From contig JAHRAN010000066.1 of NCBI GenBank assembly GCA_020027245.1, forward strand, positions 6,994-30,993: DNA of 24,000 nt, in the 5' to 3' direction. This document shows positions 1-11,174 of the stretch, piece after piece. Made by a program: the position numbers and the translations under genes. Below the pieces are notes generated by a model that saw nothing but the letters and a program-made list of their open reading frames with translations, had not been told where the DNA came from and did no database searches. This stretch comes from Myxococcota bacterium. GTDB lineage: Bacteria; Myxococcota_A; UBA9160; UBA6930. Numbering within the stretch: position 1 is the stretch's first letter; each line of letters starts with the position of its first letter.

Positions 1-186
<186 letters not shown>

Positions 187-188
187 CG

Positions 189-1376
189 ATGGCGCTGCCC
201 GACCTCGACGCGCTGCTCCAAGCGTGCGTGCGTGGCCAGCGCGTGCTGCTGCGCGCGGACCTGAATGCGCCGCTGAAGGCGGGCGTGGTTGCGGACGACA
301 CGCGCCTAAGCAAAGCCCTCGGCAGCCTGCGGCGGCTGCTGGCTGCGGGCGCGCGCGTGGTGCTGGCCTCGCACCTCGGTCGCCCGCAAGGCGAAGTGCG
401 ACCGGAGTTGTCGCTGCAGCCGGTGGCCCGGCGGCTCACGGAGTTGCTGGGCCGACCGCTCGCGTTCTGCTCGAGCGTCACCGGCGCAACAGCCGAAGCC
501 GCAAGTCAGGCGTTGCGCGATGGCGAAGCGCTGCTGCTCGAAAACCTGCGCTTCGACGAGGGGGAAACCCGAAACGACGCCGCCACCGCAACCGCGCTCG
601 CCCGCCTCGCCGAAATCTATGTGAACGACGCCTTCGGCACAGCCCACCGCCGTCACGCCTCGACCGTCGGTGTCGCCAGACTGCTCCCGCGCCGCGCCGC
701 TGGCGACCTGCTGAAGCGCGAGCTCTGCGAACTCGATGCAGTGCGCCACCCCAAGCGCCCGCTGCTTTGTCTGATCGGCGGCGCCAAGGTCAGCGACAAA
801 CTCGCCCTGCTGCGCACGCTCGCCGGGCACGCGGATCAGATCTGCATTGGCGGCGCCATGGCGTATACTTTTTTGCACGCGCAGGGTCAGCCGGTCGCGC
901 GCTCGCGCTTCGAAGCCGAGTGTGTGGACGACGCGCGCAACCTGCTCCAAAGCGCAGCGGCAAAGGGCTGCACGCTGCACCTGCCAAGCGATCACCGGGT
1001 GGCCGAAAAATGCTGCGCCACGGCCAACGCGCGCGTGGTCGAAGTCATCCCCGAGGGCTTCATCGGCCTCGACATCGGCCCGGCCAGCGCGCGGCGGTAC
1101 GCTGAGTTGATGCGCTTTGCTGTGACCATCTTCTGGAACGGGCCGATGGGGGTCTTCGAAATCGAAGCCTTTGCGCAGGGAACCCGGGCCGTGGCGCGCG
1201 CGCTTGCGGACTCGGATGCGCACAGCATCGTGGGCGGCGGCGATTCACTTGCAGCCATCAACCAACTGGGTCTCGGCGCGCACATCGCGCATCTTTCGAC
1301 CGGCGGCGGCGCCGCGCTCGAGTACATTCAGGGGCGAACGCTCCCGGCTGTCGCCGCGCTGGAGGAACCCGCATGA
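189..1376 (+). CDS. pgk: Phosphoglycerate kinase
   Basis: 395-aa ORF with PGK signatures: RADLNAPL, ASHLGRP, ENLRFDEGE, YVNDAFGTAHR, GGAKVSDK, GGGDS. Its stop overlaps the tpiA start (ATGA at 1373-1376). Confidence 0.97.
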   Translation: MALPDLDALLQACVRGQRVLLRADLNAPLKAGVVADDTRLSKALGSLRRLLAAGARVVLASHLGRPQGEVRPELSLQPVARRLTELLGRPLAFCSSVTGATAEAASQALRDGEALLLENLRFDEGETRNDAATATALARLAEIYVNDAFGTAHRRHASTVGVARLLPRRAAGDLLKRELCELDAVRHPKRPLLCLIGGAKVSDKLALLRTLAGHADQICIGGAMAYTFLHAQGQPVARSRFEAECVDDARNLLQSAAAKGCTLHLPSDHRVAEKCCATANARVVEVIPEGFIGLDIGPASARRYAELMRFAVTIFWNGPMGVFEIEAFAQGTRAVARALADSDAHSIVGGGDSLAAINQLGLGAHIAHLSTGGGAALEYIQGRTLPAVAALEEPA

Positions 1377-2134
1377 GGCGTCCCTTTCTGGTCGCCAACT
1401 GGAAGATGCAAAAGGGGCGCGCCGCGGCGCTGGCCTTCGCGCGCGCCTTTCTGCCCCGGCTTGCGGATGATCTCGAAACCGAGGTCGCCATCGCCCCGCC
1501 TTTCGTTGCGCTCGACGCCCTCGGGCGCGCACTCGCGGGCAGCCCGGTGGCGCTCGCCGCGCAGAATGTTCACCCCGAAAGTCAAGGCGCCTTCACCGGG
1601 GAGATTGCGCCGGCGATGCTGGTCGAGGCCGGTTGCAGCTACGCCATCGTCGGACACAGCGAGCGGCGCGTGCTCTTCGGCGAGCAGAGCGCCTTCGTGG
1701 CCGACAAGGTCGCGGCGCTGCTCGCGCACGACATCGCGCCAATCGTATGCGTGGGCGAAAGCCTCGAAGCGCGCGAAGCCGGACGCAGCTTCGAAGTGAT
1801 CGGCGCGCAACTCGAAGAGAGCCTCGCCACGCTGCCGCCGGCGCGCGCCGCCGTGCTGGTGATGGCCTACGAGCCACGCTGGGCAATCGGCACGGGGCGC
1901 ACGGCGACGCCCGGGCAGGCGCAGGAAGTTCACGCCATGATTCGCGCGCGCCTCGTCGAGCGCTTCGGCGCCGCGGGCGACGCCATTCGCATTCAATACG
2001 GCGGCTCGGTCAAGCCCGACAATGTGGCGGCGCTGCTGGCCGAGCCGGATATTGACGGCGCCCTGGTCGGCGGCGCCAGCCTCGAACCCGAAAGCTTTGC
2101 GGCCCTGCTGCAGCAGAGCGGAGGTCCCCGATGA
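1373..2134 (+). CDS. tpiA: Triosephosphate isomerase
   Basis: 253-aa ORF with VANWKM, VGHSERR, AYEPRWAIGTG and QYGGSVKP motifs. It is translationally coupled on both sides (ATGA overlaps at 1373 and 2131). Confidence 0.97.
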   Translation: MRRPFLVANWKMQKGRAAALAFARAFLPRLADDLETEVAIAPPFVALDALGRALAGSPVALAAQNVHPESQGAFTGEIAPAMLVEAGCSYAIVGHSERRVLFGEQSAFVADKVAALLAHDIAPIVCVGESLEAREAGRSFEVIGAQLEESLATLPPARAAVLVMAYEPRWAIGTGRTATPGQAQEVHAMIRARLVERFGAAGDAIRIQYGGSVKPDNVAALLAEPDIDGALVGGASLEPESFAALLQQSGGPR

Positions 2135-2499
2135 CCCTGTTCATCACCGTTCTCCATGTCATCACCTGCCTGTTTCTGATCGCGGTCGTGCTGCTGCAGC
2201 GCGGCAAGGGCGCGGAGGTCGGCGCCATGTTCGGCGGCGGCGCGAGCGGCACCGTGTTCGGCGGACGCGGCGCGGGCAACTTCCTGACCCGGCTCACGAC
2301 CGGCGCCGCCGTGGTGTTCATGCTCACGAGTTTGACGCTCGCCTACATCGGGCGGCAGGACAGCACCAGCGACCTCTTCGAAGACCCCCCCGTCGAGACG
2401 ACGCCCGGCGATTTCGAGGAGATCGAGCCGGCCTCGCCCTTCGAGGAGGTGCCGCAGCCCGGCGACGCCGACGCGCCCGAGCCGGACGCCACGCCCTGA
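2131..2499 (+). CDS. secG: Preprotein translocase subunit SecG (with acidic/Pro-rich C-terminal tail)
   Basis: The N-terminal TM helix is followed by LLQRGKGAEVGAMFGGGASGTVFGGRGAGNFLTRLT and a second TM helix, the typical SecG core. The position after tpiA and before tRNA-Leu is the conserved secG-leuU type arrangement. Confidence 0.9.
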   Translation: MTLFITVLHVITCLFLIAVVLLQRGKGAEVGAMFGGGASGTVFGGRGAGNFLTRLTTGAAVVFMLTSLTLAYIGRQDSTSDLFEDPPVETTPGDFEEIEPASPFEEVPQPGDADAPEPDATP

Positions 2500-2555
2500 T
2501 GCGCGCGCGACTACCTCGCGCGGAGCGTGGTCGTTAGACTGCAAGGCCCATCGCT

Positions 2556-2642
2556 GCGGCAGTGGCGGAACTGGTAGACGCGCATGGTTGAGGGCCATGT
2601 CGGGGTTACCCGGTGGAGGTTCGAGTCCTCTCTGCCGCACCA
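2556..2642 (+). tRNA. tRNA-Leu (anticodon GAG), class II with long variable arm, CCA encoded
   Basis: Hand-folded. Acceptor GCGGCAG (2556-2562) pairs with CTGCCGC (2632-2638), followed by A73 and CCA (2640-2642). Anticodon stem CATGG/CCATG encloses loop TTGAGGG, giving anticodon GAG. Long variable arm TCGGGGTTACCCGGT and T-loop GGTTCGAGTCC. 87 nt in total. Confidence 0.9.
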
Positions 2643-2665
2643 TCGGGCGCTTCCGCGACCGGCGC

Positions 2666-3280
2666 TCACGCTATCGGGTGACTGGCAAGGCGCTCGAGCC
2701 AGCGGCGGTAGGTTGCAAGCGGTTGCGCGCCCAGCACGAAGGCTTCGCTGCCGACGACGCGCAGCGCGGGCACGCCGCTGATGCCGAGTTCGAGGGCCTC
2801 GTTGTGCTGCGCCAGCACTTCGCCCAGCAGCGCTGCCTCATCGTTCTGCTCGAAGGCGGCGGCGGGGAGCGCCGACTCGCGCCACAGCGCGCGCAGTGTG
2901 TCGTCGTCGCTGATGTCGCGGCTCTGCTCAAAATAGGCTGCGAAAAGCCGCGCGTGCAAAGTCTCAAAAGCTTCGGGGCCGAGCCGGGCGGCGGCGCGCG
3001 CGGCGATGTGCGCGGGAACGCTGTGACTCGGCGGCGACGCCGCACTCTCCCAGACCTGGAAGCGCGGCGCGTCCGGCTCGGCGGCCGGTCGAAGCCAGTG
3101 TTGCGTGTAGCGCAGGAACTTTTCGCGGTCGCGCACTTCGGGCTTCGGGCGCAGCAGGTAGGCGCGGAACTCGAGCTCGATAGTTGTGAACTCGCGGCGC
3201 AGAATTTTCAAGCGGTGATCGGCCAGATGACACCAGGGGCACAGGTAATCGGACCAGAATTCCAGGCGCACCGGCTTCAC
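2666..3280 (-). CDS. DsbA-family thiol:disulfide oxidoreductase (FrnE/HCCA-isomerase-like, cytoplasmic; CPWC active site)
   Basis: 204-aa ORF starting at a GTG. The N-terminus is MKPVRLEFWSDYLCPWCH (thioredoxin-fold CxxC) and the C-terminal region has GISGVPALRV, typical of DSBA-like domains. There is no signal peptide. The start lies 4 nt after the stop of the upstream flavin reductase, whose last codons (GGAGGAGGAGGA) double as the SD. Confidence 0.8.
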   Translation of the reverse strand: MKPVRLEFWSDYLCPWCHLADHRLKILRREFTTIELEFRAYLLRPKPEVRDREKFLRYTQHWLRPAAEPDAPRFQVWESAASPPSHSVPAHIAARAAARLGPEAFETLHARLFAAYFEQSRDISDDDTLRALWRESALPAAAFEQNDEAALLGEVLAQHNEALELGISGVPALRVVGSEAFVLGAQPLATYRRWLERLASHPIA

Positions 3281-3284
3281 CGTT

Positions 3285-3776
3285 TTAATCCTCCTCCTCC
3301 GGCGCGAGCTTTTGATAGCCGCCGCCGTAGTAGAGCAGCGGCGGGCCGGGTCGAGTGATCGCCGCCTCGACCTGCCCCACGACGATCACGTGGTCGCCCG
3401 CCTCGTGCAGTGCGCTGACCACGCAGTCGAGCGCCAGGTGCGCGTCCGGAATCAGCGGCGCGCCGGTCTTCGCACGCGCGCACTCGAGGCCCTCGAAGCG
3501 CACCCACTCGTGCTGCTTCGAGGCGAACTTGTCAGAAAGCGCGCGCTGCGTTTCAGCGAGCACGTTGACCGCCATGTTGCGGCCTGTCTTGATGACGCCG
3601 AGCGTGTTCGCCGCCTTGTCAACGCAGACCATCACCAGCGGCGGGTCGAGGGACACACCGGCGAAGTCCGATGCCGTCATGCCGTGCACCTCGTCGCCGG
3701 CGCGCGCGGTGATGATCGTCACCCCCGAGGGCCAGAGGGAAAGCGCCTTGCGGTAGAGCGCCGCGTCAATCGGCAA
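3285..3776 (-). CDS. Flavin reductase family protein (HpaC/NADH:FMN oxidoreductase-like)
   Basis: The translation YRKALSLWPSGVTIITARAGDEVHGMTASDFAGVSLDPPLVMVCVDK...GDHVIVVGQV matches the flavin-reductase-like FMN-binding domain pattern. The track ORF extends to an ATG at 3968, but that start would overlap the OMP gene by 124 nt. I prefer the TTG at 3776 (163 aa, the usual family size), which is preceded by AAGGGG about 9 nt upstream. The start site is an inference. Confidence 0.7.
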   Translation of the reverse strand: MPIDAALYRKALSLWPSGVTIITARAGDEVHGMTASDFAGVSLDPPLVMVCVDKAANTLGVIKTGRNMAVNVLAETQRALSDKFASKQHEWVRFEGLECARAKTGAPLIPDAHLALDCVVSALHEAGDHVIVVGQVEAAITRPGPPLLYYGGGYQKLAPEEED

Positions 3777-3844
3777 TTTAAAGCACCCCTTTTTGCGCGG
3801 ACGATATCCCCCGGCGAAGCCGCTGCCGGTCGGGGCGGCCGTGT

Positions 3845-4798
3845 TCAGAAGTGGTACTTCAACCCGAAAGTCACCGCCCAGTATTCGATGTCGGAAAACG
3901 CCTGAGTGCTGCGGAACGGGGTCACCCCATCGGCCTGAACGGGGCGGTGACTGCGGATGAGATCCCACACATCGTCGTCGTCGAGATCCTGAAAACGAGC
4001 CCAGCGCCCTTTCACACCGACGGAGACTTGCTCCGTCAGCGCGTAGTCCAGCCCGCCGAGCAACTGAAAACCAAAGAGCGTCTCGGAAAGCCCGGTATTG
4101 AGGAAGCTGATCGTCCCGGCGGCCGCGGGCGGGCGAACCGCGTCGCCCGTCAGGGGTTGATCGTTTTCATCGAGCAGGTAGCCCTGGGCAATGGTCTTGC
4201 GCACAAAGCGGTTTTCATAACGCAAACGGGTGTGCGCCCAGCCCACGCCCGCACCCAGGTAGGGCGTCCAGCGCGACTGGTTCACAAAGTCGTAGTAGGC
4301 GTTCAGGAAGAACTGATGGGCGCGAAACTCGGCTATCCGCTCCGACGGCGGGTCGAGTTCACTCCACTCGTCGGCTTTGCTGCCGAGCGGCGCATTGCCC
4401 GGCGCGGCTTGCAACAACCTCGAATCGTCTCCGTGGGAGCGGTTCAGGTACTCGAACTCCACGCGCAACCGGTCCAGCGAATATCCCAGGCTGACGGCGC
4501 CGACAAACCCCGTGCCCGGATCAAATGCATTGAGCGAAAGCGGCTGCGCGCCGCCGACCTGACAGGCGGCGTCGGTCAGGGGCAGCACATTGTCAGACGC
4601 AACCGGCGGCGTACTCCGAAGCAGTTGGTCGCAGCGCGTCGGGTGGTTGACCCCGGACACGGCCGAGTTCAAATCCGTCGCGCTGGCGAGCCCCAACTCG
4701 ATGCCGGTGTAGAAGCCCCGGCGCGCTTCACCACCAAGCGCTCCGGTCGCCAGAAACACGGTCCCGAGCGCCAGCGCCAGCGTGGTTTTCCGTTTCAT
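3845..4798 (-). CDS. Outer-membrane beta-barrel protein (porin/OMP_b-brl-like)
   Basis: 317 aa with a Sec signal peptide (MKRKTTLALALGTVFLATGALG). It shows alternating aromatic/aliphatic beta-strand patterns (GFYTGIELGL, LRVEFEYLN, FFLNAYYDF, TPYLGAGVGWA, FGFQLLGGLDYAL) and a terminal ...VTFGLKYHF with the C-terminal Phe typical of BAM substrates. SD AGGGGGTGA lies upstream. Confidence 0.7.
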   Translation of the reverse strand: MKRKTTLALALGTVFLATGALGGEARRGFYTGIELGLASATDLNSAVSGVNHPTRCDQLLRSTPPVASDNVLPLTDAACQVGGAQPLSLNAFDPGTGFVGAVSLGYSLDRLRVEFEYLNRSHGDDSRLLQAAPGNAPLGSKADEWSELDPPSERIAEFRAHQFFLNAYYDFVNQSRWTPYLGAGVGWAHTRLRYENRFVRKTIAQGYLLDENDQPLTGDAVRPPAAAGTISFLNTGLSETLFGFQLLGGLDYALTEQVSVGVKGRWARFQDLDDDDVWDLIRSHRPVQADGVTPFRSTQAFSDIEYWAVTFGLKYHF

Positions 4799-5721
4799 CC
4801 ATCACCCCCTTGGTCTGCACTCTGGTGCAACGACCTGGCGAAGTCGTACTGGATACGCGACGAAACTTCAAAGTACCGGGAACAAAAGCAGTGGCGCAGA
4901 CGCTGGCCCGGGCGCGGCGCGCGCTGCCGCAAGCTCACTCGCTGGCCGGGGCTTCGGTGCTGGCGCCGGGGCCGGTGCTGCGCAGGCGGATTTCGATGCG
5001 GCGGTTGCGGGCGCGACCCTCTGTCGTGCCGTTGTCGGCCACCGGTTTTGTGTGGGCGTTCGAGATGACGCGCAGGCGCGTGGCGGGGACGCCGCTTTCG
5101 ATCAGCACGCGCACCACGCTGGCGGCGCGCGCACCCGCCAGCTCCCAGTTGGACGGGTAGCGCCCGCCGCGGATCGGCCGGTCGTCGCTGTGGCCCTCGA
5201 CATCCACCTGATGCGGAAGCGTCAGAAACTGCTCGGCCAGTTTGGCGATTACGCCCTGCCCCCCGGTGCTGAGCTTTGCGGAGCCGGAGGGAAACAGGAT
5301 GGCCTGGGCGAGCTTCACCTTCAGCCCGTCGCGCAGTTGCTCGATCTCGATGCGCCCGGCCGCGACCTCGGACTGCAGATTGCCCACCAACTCGTCATAC
5401 GTGCTGCGCAGTTCAGCGACCTCGGAGTTTTGCGCCTCGAGTTGCCGCTCGCGCTCGGCCAGCGAGGCGACGAGTTCGGTGCGCGACGACGCCAGTTCAT
5501 CGAGGGAACTTTGAAGACGCCCGTGTTCGATGCGCAGATCCTCGATCTCCTCGGCCAGCGCCACGCGGTCGGCGTCGAGGCTCTCGGCCCCGGCTTCGAG
5601 CCGCTCGATTTTTTCGAGCGCCAGGTTGCGCTCCCGAAGCACCCGCTCGTGTTCGTCCATCGTCACGCAGGCCAGCGTCAGCAGCGCCGACACGGCGACG
5701 GCGACGCCGGTCAGCGCGGCG

Positions 5722-8124
<2,403 letters not shown>

Positions 8125-8131
8125 TTCCGCC

Positions 8132-10057
8132 TCAAGCCTTGTCGCTCTTGTCCTCTTCGGTGAACTCGGCGTCTATGACTTCGCCGTCAGCGCCGTCGCC
8201 CGAAGCGGCGGGGTCAGAGGGTTGCGCCTCGCCCGAAGCGTCCGCGCCCGCCTTGTAGAGCATCTCGGTCAGCTTGTGAAGCGCCTGCTCGACTTCCTGA
8301 TGCCGGGCGTCGAGACTCGCGGTGTCTGCGTCCTCGTTTTCGAGGGTCTTGCGCGCTTCCGCAAACAACTCTTCGCAGCGCTTCTTTTCGGCGTCAATAA
8401 TTTTGTCCGCGTTTTCCTTCACGGTCTTTTCGGCGTTGTAGACCAGGGTGTCGAGACGGTTGCGGCTCTCGGTGCGGGCGCGCCGCTCCTTGTCCTCGCC
8501 GGCGTGGGCCTCGGCCTCCTGCACCATGCGCTCGATCTCGCTCTCTTCGAGACCGCCCGCGCCCTCGATGCGGATGGACTGCGCCTTGCCGCTCGCCTGA
8601 TCCTTCGCCGAGACCGAGAGGATGCCGTTCGCGTCAATGTCGAAGGACACTTCGATCTGCGGCACGCCGCGCGGCGCCGGGGGAATGCCCGAGAGGATGA
8701 AGCGACCGATCTCGCGGTTGTCGTCCGCCATCTCGCGCTCGCCTTGCAGCACGCGAATCTCCACCTGCTGCTGATTGTCCGCCGCCGTCGAGAAGGTCTG
8801 GCTGCGCTTGGTCGGGATCGTCGTGTTGCGGTCAATCAGCCGGGTCATCACCTTGCCCAGGGTTTCGAGACCGAGGGACAGCGGCGTGACATCGAGCAGC
8901 AGCACGTCCTTCACATCGCCCGCCAGCACGCCGCCTTGCACCGCTGCGCCGACGGCGACCACTTCGTCCGGGTTCACCGAGCGGTTCGCCTCGCGGCCGA
9001 AGAGCGCTTGCACCTTCGTTTGCACCAGCGGCACCCGCGTCGAGCCGCCGACCAGCACCACCTCGTCAATCTCGCTGGCCTCGAGGCCCGCGTCGGCCAG
9101 CGCGCGGCGGCAGGGTTCGAGGCTGCGCTCCACCAGCTCCTCGATCAACTGCTCGAACTTCGCGCGCGTGAGTTTCAGGTTGAGGTGCTTCGGGCCGCTT
9201 GCCCCCGCGGTGATGTAGGGCAGGTTGATGTCGGTGCTCTGCGAAGTGGAGAGTTCGATCTTGGCCTTCTCCGCGGCCTCCCGGAGGCGCTGCATCGCCA
9301 TCGGGTCCTCGGAGAGGTCAATGCCCTGGTCGCGGCGAAACTCCGCGACCAGATGGTCAATCACCTTCTGGTCGAGGTTGTCGCCGCCGAGGTGCGTGTC
9401 GCCGTTGGTTGACTTTACCTCGACCACGTTCTCGCCCACTTCGAGAATCGAGATGTCAAAAGTGCCGCCGCCGAAGTCGTAGACCGCGATCTTTTCATCG
9501 GACTTCTTGTCGAGGCCGTAGGCCAGCGCCGCCGCCGTCGGCTCGTTGATGATGCGCTTCACATCGAGCCCGGCGATGCGCCCGGCGTCCTTCGTCGCCT
9601 GACGCTGGGCATCGTTGAAGTAGGCGGGCACGGTGACCACCGCGCCGGCGATCTCCTGCCCGAGGTAATCCTCCGCCGCCTTCTTCAGCTTTTGCAAAAT
9701 CATCGCCGACAACTCGGGGGGCGTGCTCTGCTTGCCGTCCACCTCGACCTCGGCGGTGCCCTCGCGGCCCTCGACCACCTTGTAGGGCACCAGGCTGATC
9801 TCCTCCGGCACCTCCGAGAGCCGCCGCCCGACGAAGCGCTTGATCGAATAAATGGTGCGCTCGGGGTTGGTAACAGCCTGCCGCTTGGCGATGGCGCCGA
9901 CCAGGCGCTCGCCCTCGTCCGTGAAGGCGACCACGGAGGGAGTAGTCCGCCCCCCCTCCTCGTTGGTGATCACGGTCGGCTGCCCGCCTTCCATCACCGC
10001 CACCACCGAGTTGGTGGTGCCGAGGTCAATGCCGATGATTTTGCCGCTGGTCGCCAT
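8132..10057 (-). CDS. dnaK: Molecular chaperone DnaK (Hsp70)
   Basis: 641 aa from the ATG at 10057: [58 protein letters not shown]-terminal [16 protein letters not shown] lies upstream. The track ORF extends to 10420, but that 121-aa extension is Arg/Ser-rich junk crossing the divergent promoter region. Confidence 0.97.
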   Translation of the reverse strand: MATSGKIIGIDLGTTNSVVAVMEGGQPTVITNEEGGRTTPSVVAFTDEGERLVGAIAKRQAVTNPERTIYSIKRFVGRRLSEVPEEISLVPYKVVEGREGTAEVEVDGKQSTPPELSAMILQKLKKAAEDYLGQEIAGAVVTVPAYFNDAQRQATKDAGRIAGLDVKRIINEPTAAALAYGLDKKSDEKIAVYDFGGGTFDISILEVGENVVEVKSTNGDTHLGGDNLDQKVIDHLVAEFRRDQGIDLSEDPMAMQRLREAAEKAKIELSTSQSTDINLPYITAGASGPKHLNLKLTRAKFEQLIEELVERSLEPCRRALADAGLEASEIDEVVLVGGSTRVPLVQTKVQALFGREANRSVNPDEVVAVGAAVQGGVLAGDVKDVLLLDVTPLSLGLETLGKVMTRLIDRNTTIPTKRSQTFSTAADNQQQVEIRVLQGEREMADDNREIGRFILSGIPPAPRGVPQIEVSFDIDANGILSVSAKDQASGKAQSIRIEGAGGLEESEIERMVQEAEAHAGEDKERRARTESRNRLDTLVYNAEKTVKENADKIIDAEKKRCEELFAEARKTLENEDADTASLDARHQEVEQALHKLTEMLYKAGADASGEAQPSDPAASGDGADGEVIDAEFTEEDKSDKA

Positions 10058-10091
10058 GGGGTGGTCTCCCGCAGAGGGTTGAAGTGGCGGG

Positions 10092-10122
10092 AAGCTGGGC
10101 ACAGCCGGCCCTGTGTCAAGGG
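10092..10122 (-). promoter_or_regulatory. Candidate sigma-32 (heat-shock) type promoter for dnaK
   Basis: The minus strand reads CCCTTGACA - 14 nt - CCCAGCTT, ending about 35 nt before the dnaK ATG. This resembles the proteobacterial RpoH consensus CCCTTGAA-N13-15-CCCCATnT, with a good -35 and 5/8 matches in the -10. Motif match by eye only. Confidence 0.3.
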
Positions 10123-10165
10123 CGGTGGGCTGCCGGGCGCTGGCTTGCGGGTGGCGTGGCGGGCT

Positions 10166-10200
10166 GGTTAATATCCATTCATCCTGATTCCTTGATTGAA
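10166..10200 (+). promoter_or_regulatory. AT-rich island with imperfect dyad in the dnaK/sahR divergent intergenic region (candidate operator/promoter of sahR-metH)
   Basis: GGTTAATATCCATTCATCCTGATTCCTTGATTGAACC is the only AT-rich stretch in an otherwise GC-rich 151-bp spacer. It contains the imperfect dyad TCcAttcATCctGATtccTtGA flanked by GGTT/AACC, and ends 9 nt before the GTG at 10209. I do not remember the published SahR box well enough to score it. Confidence 0.25.
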
Positions 10201-10208
10201 CCCTCTCC

Positions 10209-11174
10209 GTGAGCGAGGCCGCGATGAGCTCCGAGCACCTGCAAAAAATCTTCCGCACCCTCGGCGACCCGACCCGGGTGCGGCTGCTGCTGCTGCTCGA
10301 ACGCGAGGAGCTGGCGGTGCAGGAGCTGATGGAGGTGCTCGGCATGGCGCAATCGCGGGTGTCGCGGCACCTCGGCATCCTGCGCGAGGCTGGCCTGGTG
10401 CGCGACCGGCGCGACGGCACTTTTGCCCTGTACCGCTTCGAGCCGCCCGAGGCGCCGAGTTGGCGGGACGCCTGGGCCCTCGCCCGCGCGGCGCTGGCGG
10501 GCGACCCGATAATCGCGCGCGACCACGCCCGGCAGGGCCACGTGCTGGCCCGGCGCGCACGGCGCGGGCACAGCTTCTTCGACTCCGTCGGCGGCGAGTG
10601 GGAAACGCTGCGTCAACTCTGGGGCGATGAACTGCTGCGCGCGCGGGCCTTGCAGCGCCTCGTTCCCGAGGGGCTGCCGGTGGCGGACGTCGGCACCGGC
10701 AGCGGCGTGCTCGCCCTCGAACTGGCGGCGCTGGGCTGCCGGGTGATCGCCAGCGACCCCTCCGAGGCGATGCTGGCGCTGGCGCGGCGCAAGCTCGAGG
10801 CGGCCGGCGACACCCGCGTCGAGTTGCGGGTCGGCGACACCAGCGCCCTGCCGCTGGCCGACGCCGAGGTGCAGGTGGCCTTCGCCCACATGGTGTTGCA
10901 GTACATCCCGGAGCCGGGCTTGGCCTTGCCCGAAATGCTGCGCGTGCTGCGACCGGGCGGGCGCGTGGTGCTGGCGGACTTCGTCACCCACGACCAGGAG
11001 TGGATGCGGCAGCAACTCGGCGCCCGGCACCTGGGCTTCGACCTCGAGCAGGTCGGCGACTGGCTTTGCAAAGCCGGTTTCGAAAAGGTGCGCATCGAGA
11101 CGCAGGTGGGCGCACAGCACGAGAGCGCACTGCCCACCACTTTTGTCGCCGACGGGCAAAGACCGGAGGCGTGA
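10209..11174 (+). CDS. sahR: ArsR-family HTH regulator fused to a SAM-dependent methyltransferase-like sensor domain (SahR-type regulator of the SAM cycle)
   Basis: The N-terminus [60 protein letters not shown] is an ArsR/SmtB winged HTH. The C-terminal half has class-I MTase motif I ([32 protein letters not shown]) and post-I/II motifs. This architecture, together with a position directly upstream of metH, matches the described SahR family. The start may be the GTG at 10209 or the ATG at 10224. Confidence 0.8.
   Translation: MSEAAMSSEHLQKIFRTLGDPTRVRLLLLLEREELAVQELMEVLGMAQSRVSRHLGILREAGLVRDRRDGTFALYRFEPPEAPSWRDAWALARAALAGDPIIARDHARQGHVLARRARRGHSFFDSVGGEWETLRQLWGDELLRARALQRLVPEGLPVADVGTGSGVLALELAALGCRVIASDPSEAMLALARRKLEAAGDTRVELRVGDTSALPLADAEVQVAFAHMVLQYIPEPGLALPEMLRVLRPGGRVVLADFVTHDQEWMRQQLGARHLGFDLEQVGDWLCKAGFEKVRIETQVGAQHESALPTTFVADGQRPEA

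Noticed and set aside
2556-2642. tRNA genes (Leu at 2556-2642; Arg/Val at 22187-22345) as integration sites for an island.
   Set aside because: There is no integrase, no direct repeat of a tRNA 3' end elsewhere in the window that I could spot, and the flanking genes are housekeeping with uniform GC-rich composition.
4843-4871. Sigma-70-like promoter for the OMP gene (minus strand TTGAAG-N17-TACGAC).
   Set aside because: It matches only 4/6 and 3/6 of the consensus in an organism whose promoter consensus is unknown. It is not strong enough to list as a feature.
10058-10208. CIRCE (HrcA) operator upstream of dnaK.
   Set aside because: There is no TTAGCACTC-N9-GAGTGCTAA-like inverted repeat on either strand. 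Only the sigma-32-like motif is reported, at low confidence.
10058-10420. ORF-track N-terminal extensions: dnaK to 10420, metH from 11000, rubrerythrin from 16887, OmpA-like lipoprotein to 5903, small lipoprotein to 22317.
   Set aside because: In each case, homology, signal-peptide logic or an SD-preceded start begins at an internal codon. The extension overlaps a neighbouring gene, a tRNA or a promoter region and has junk composition.
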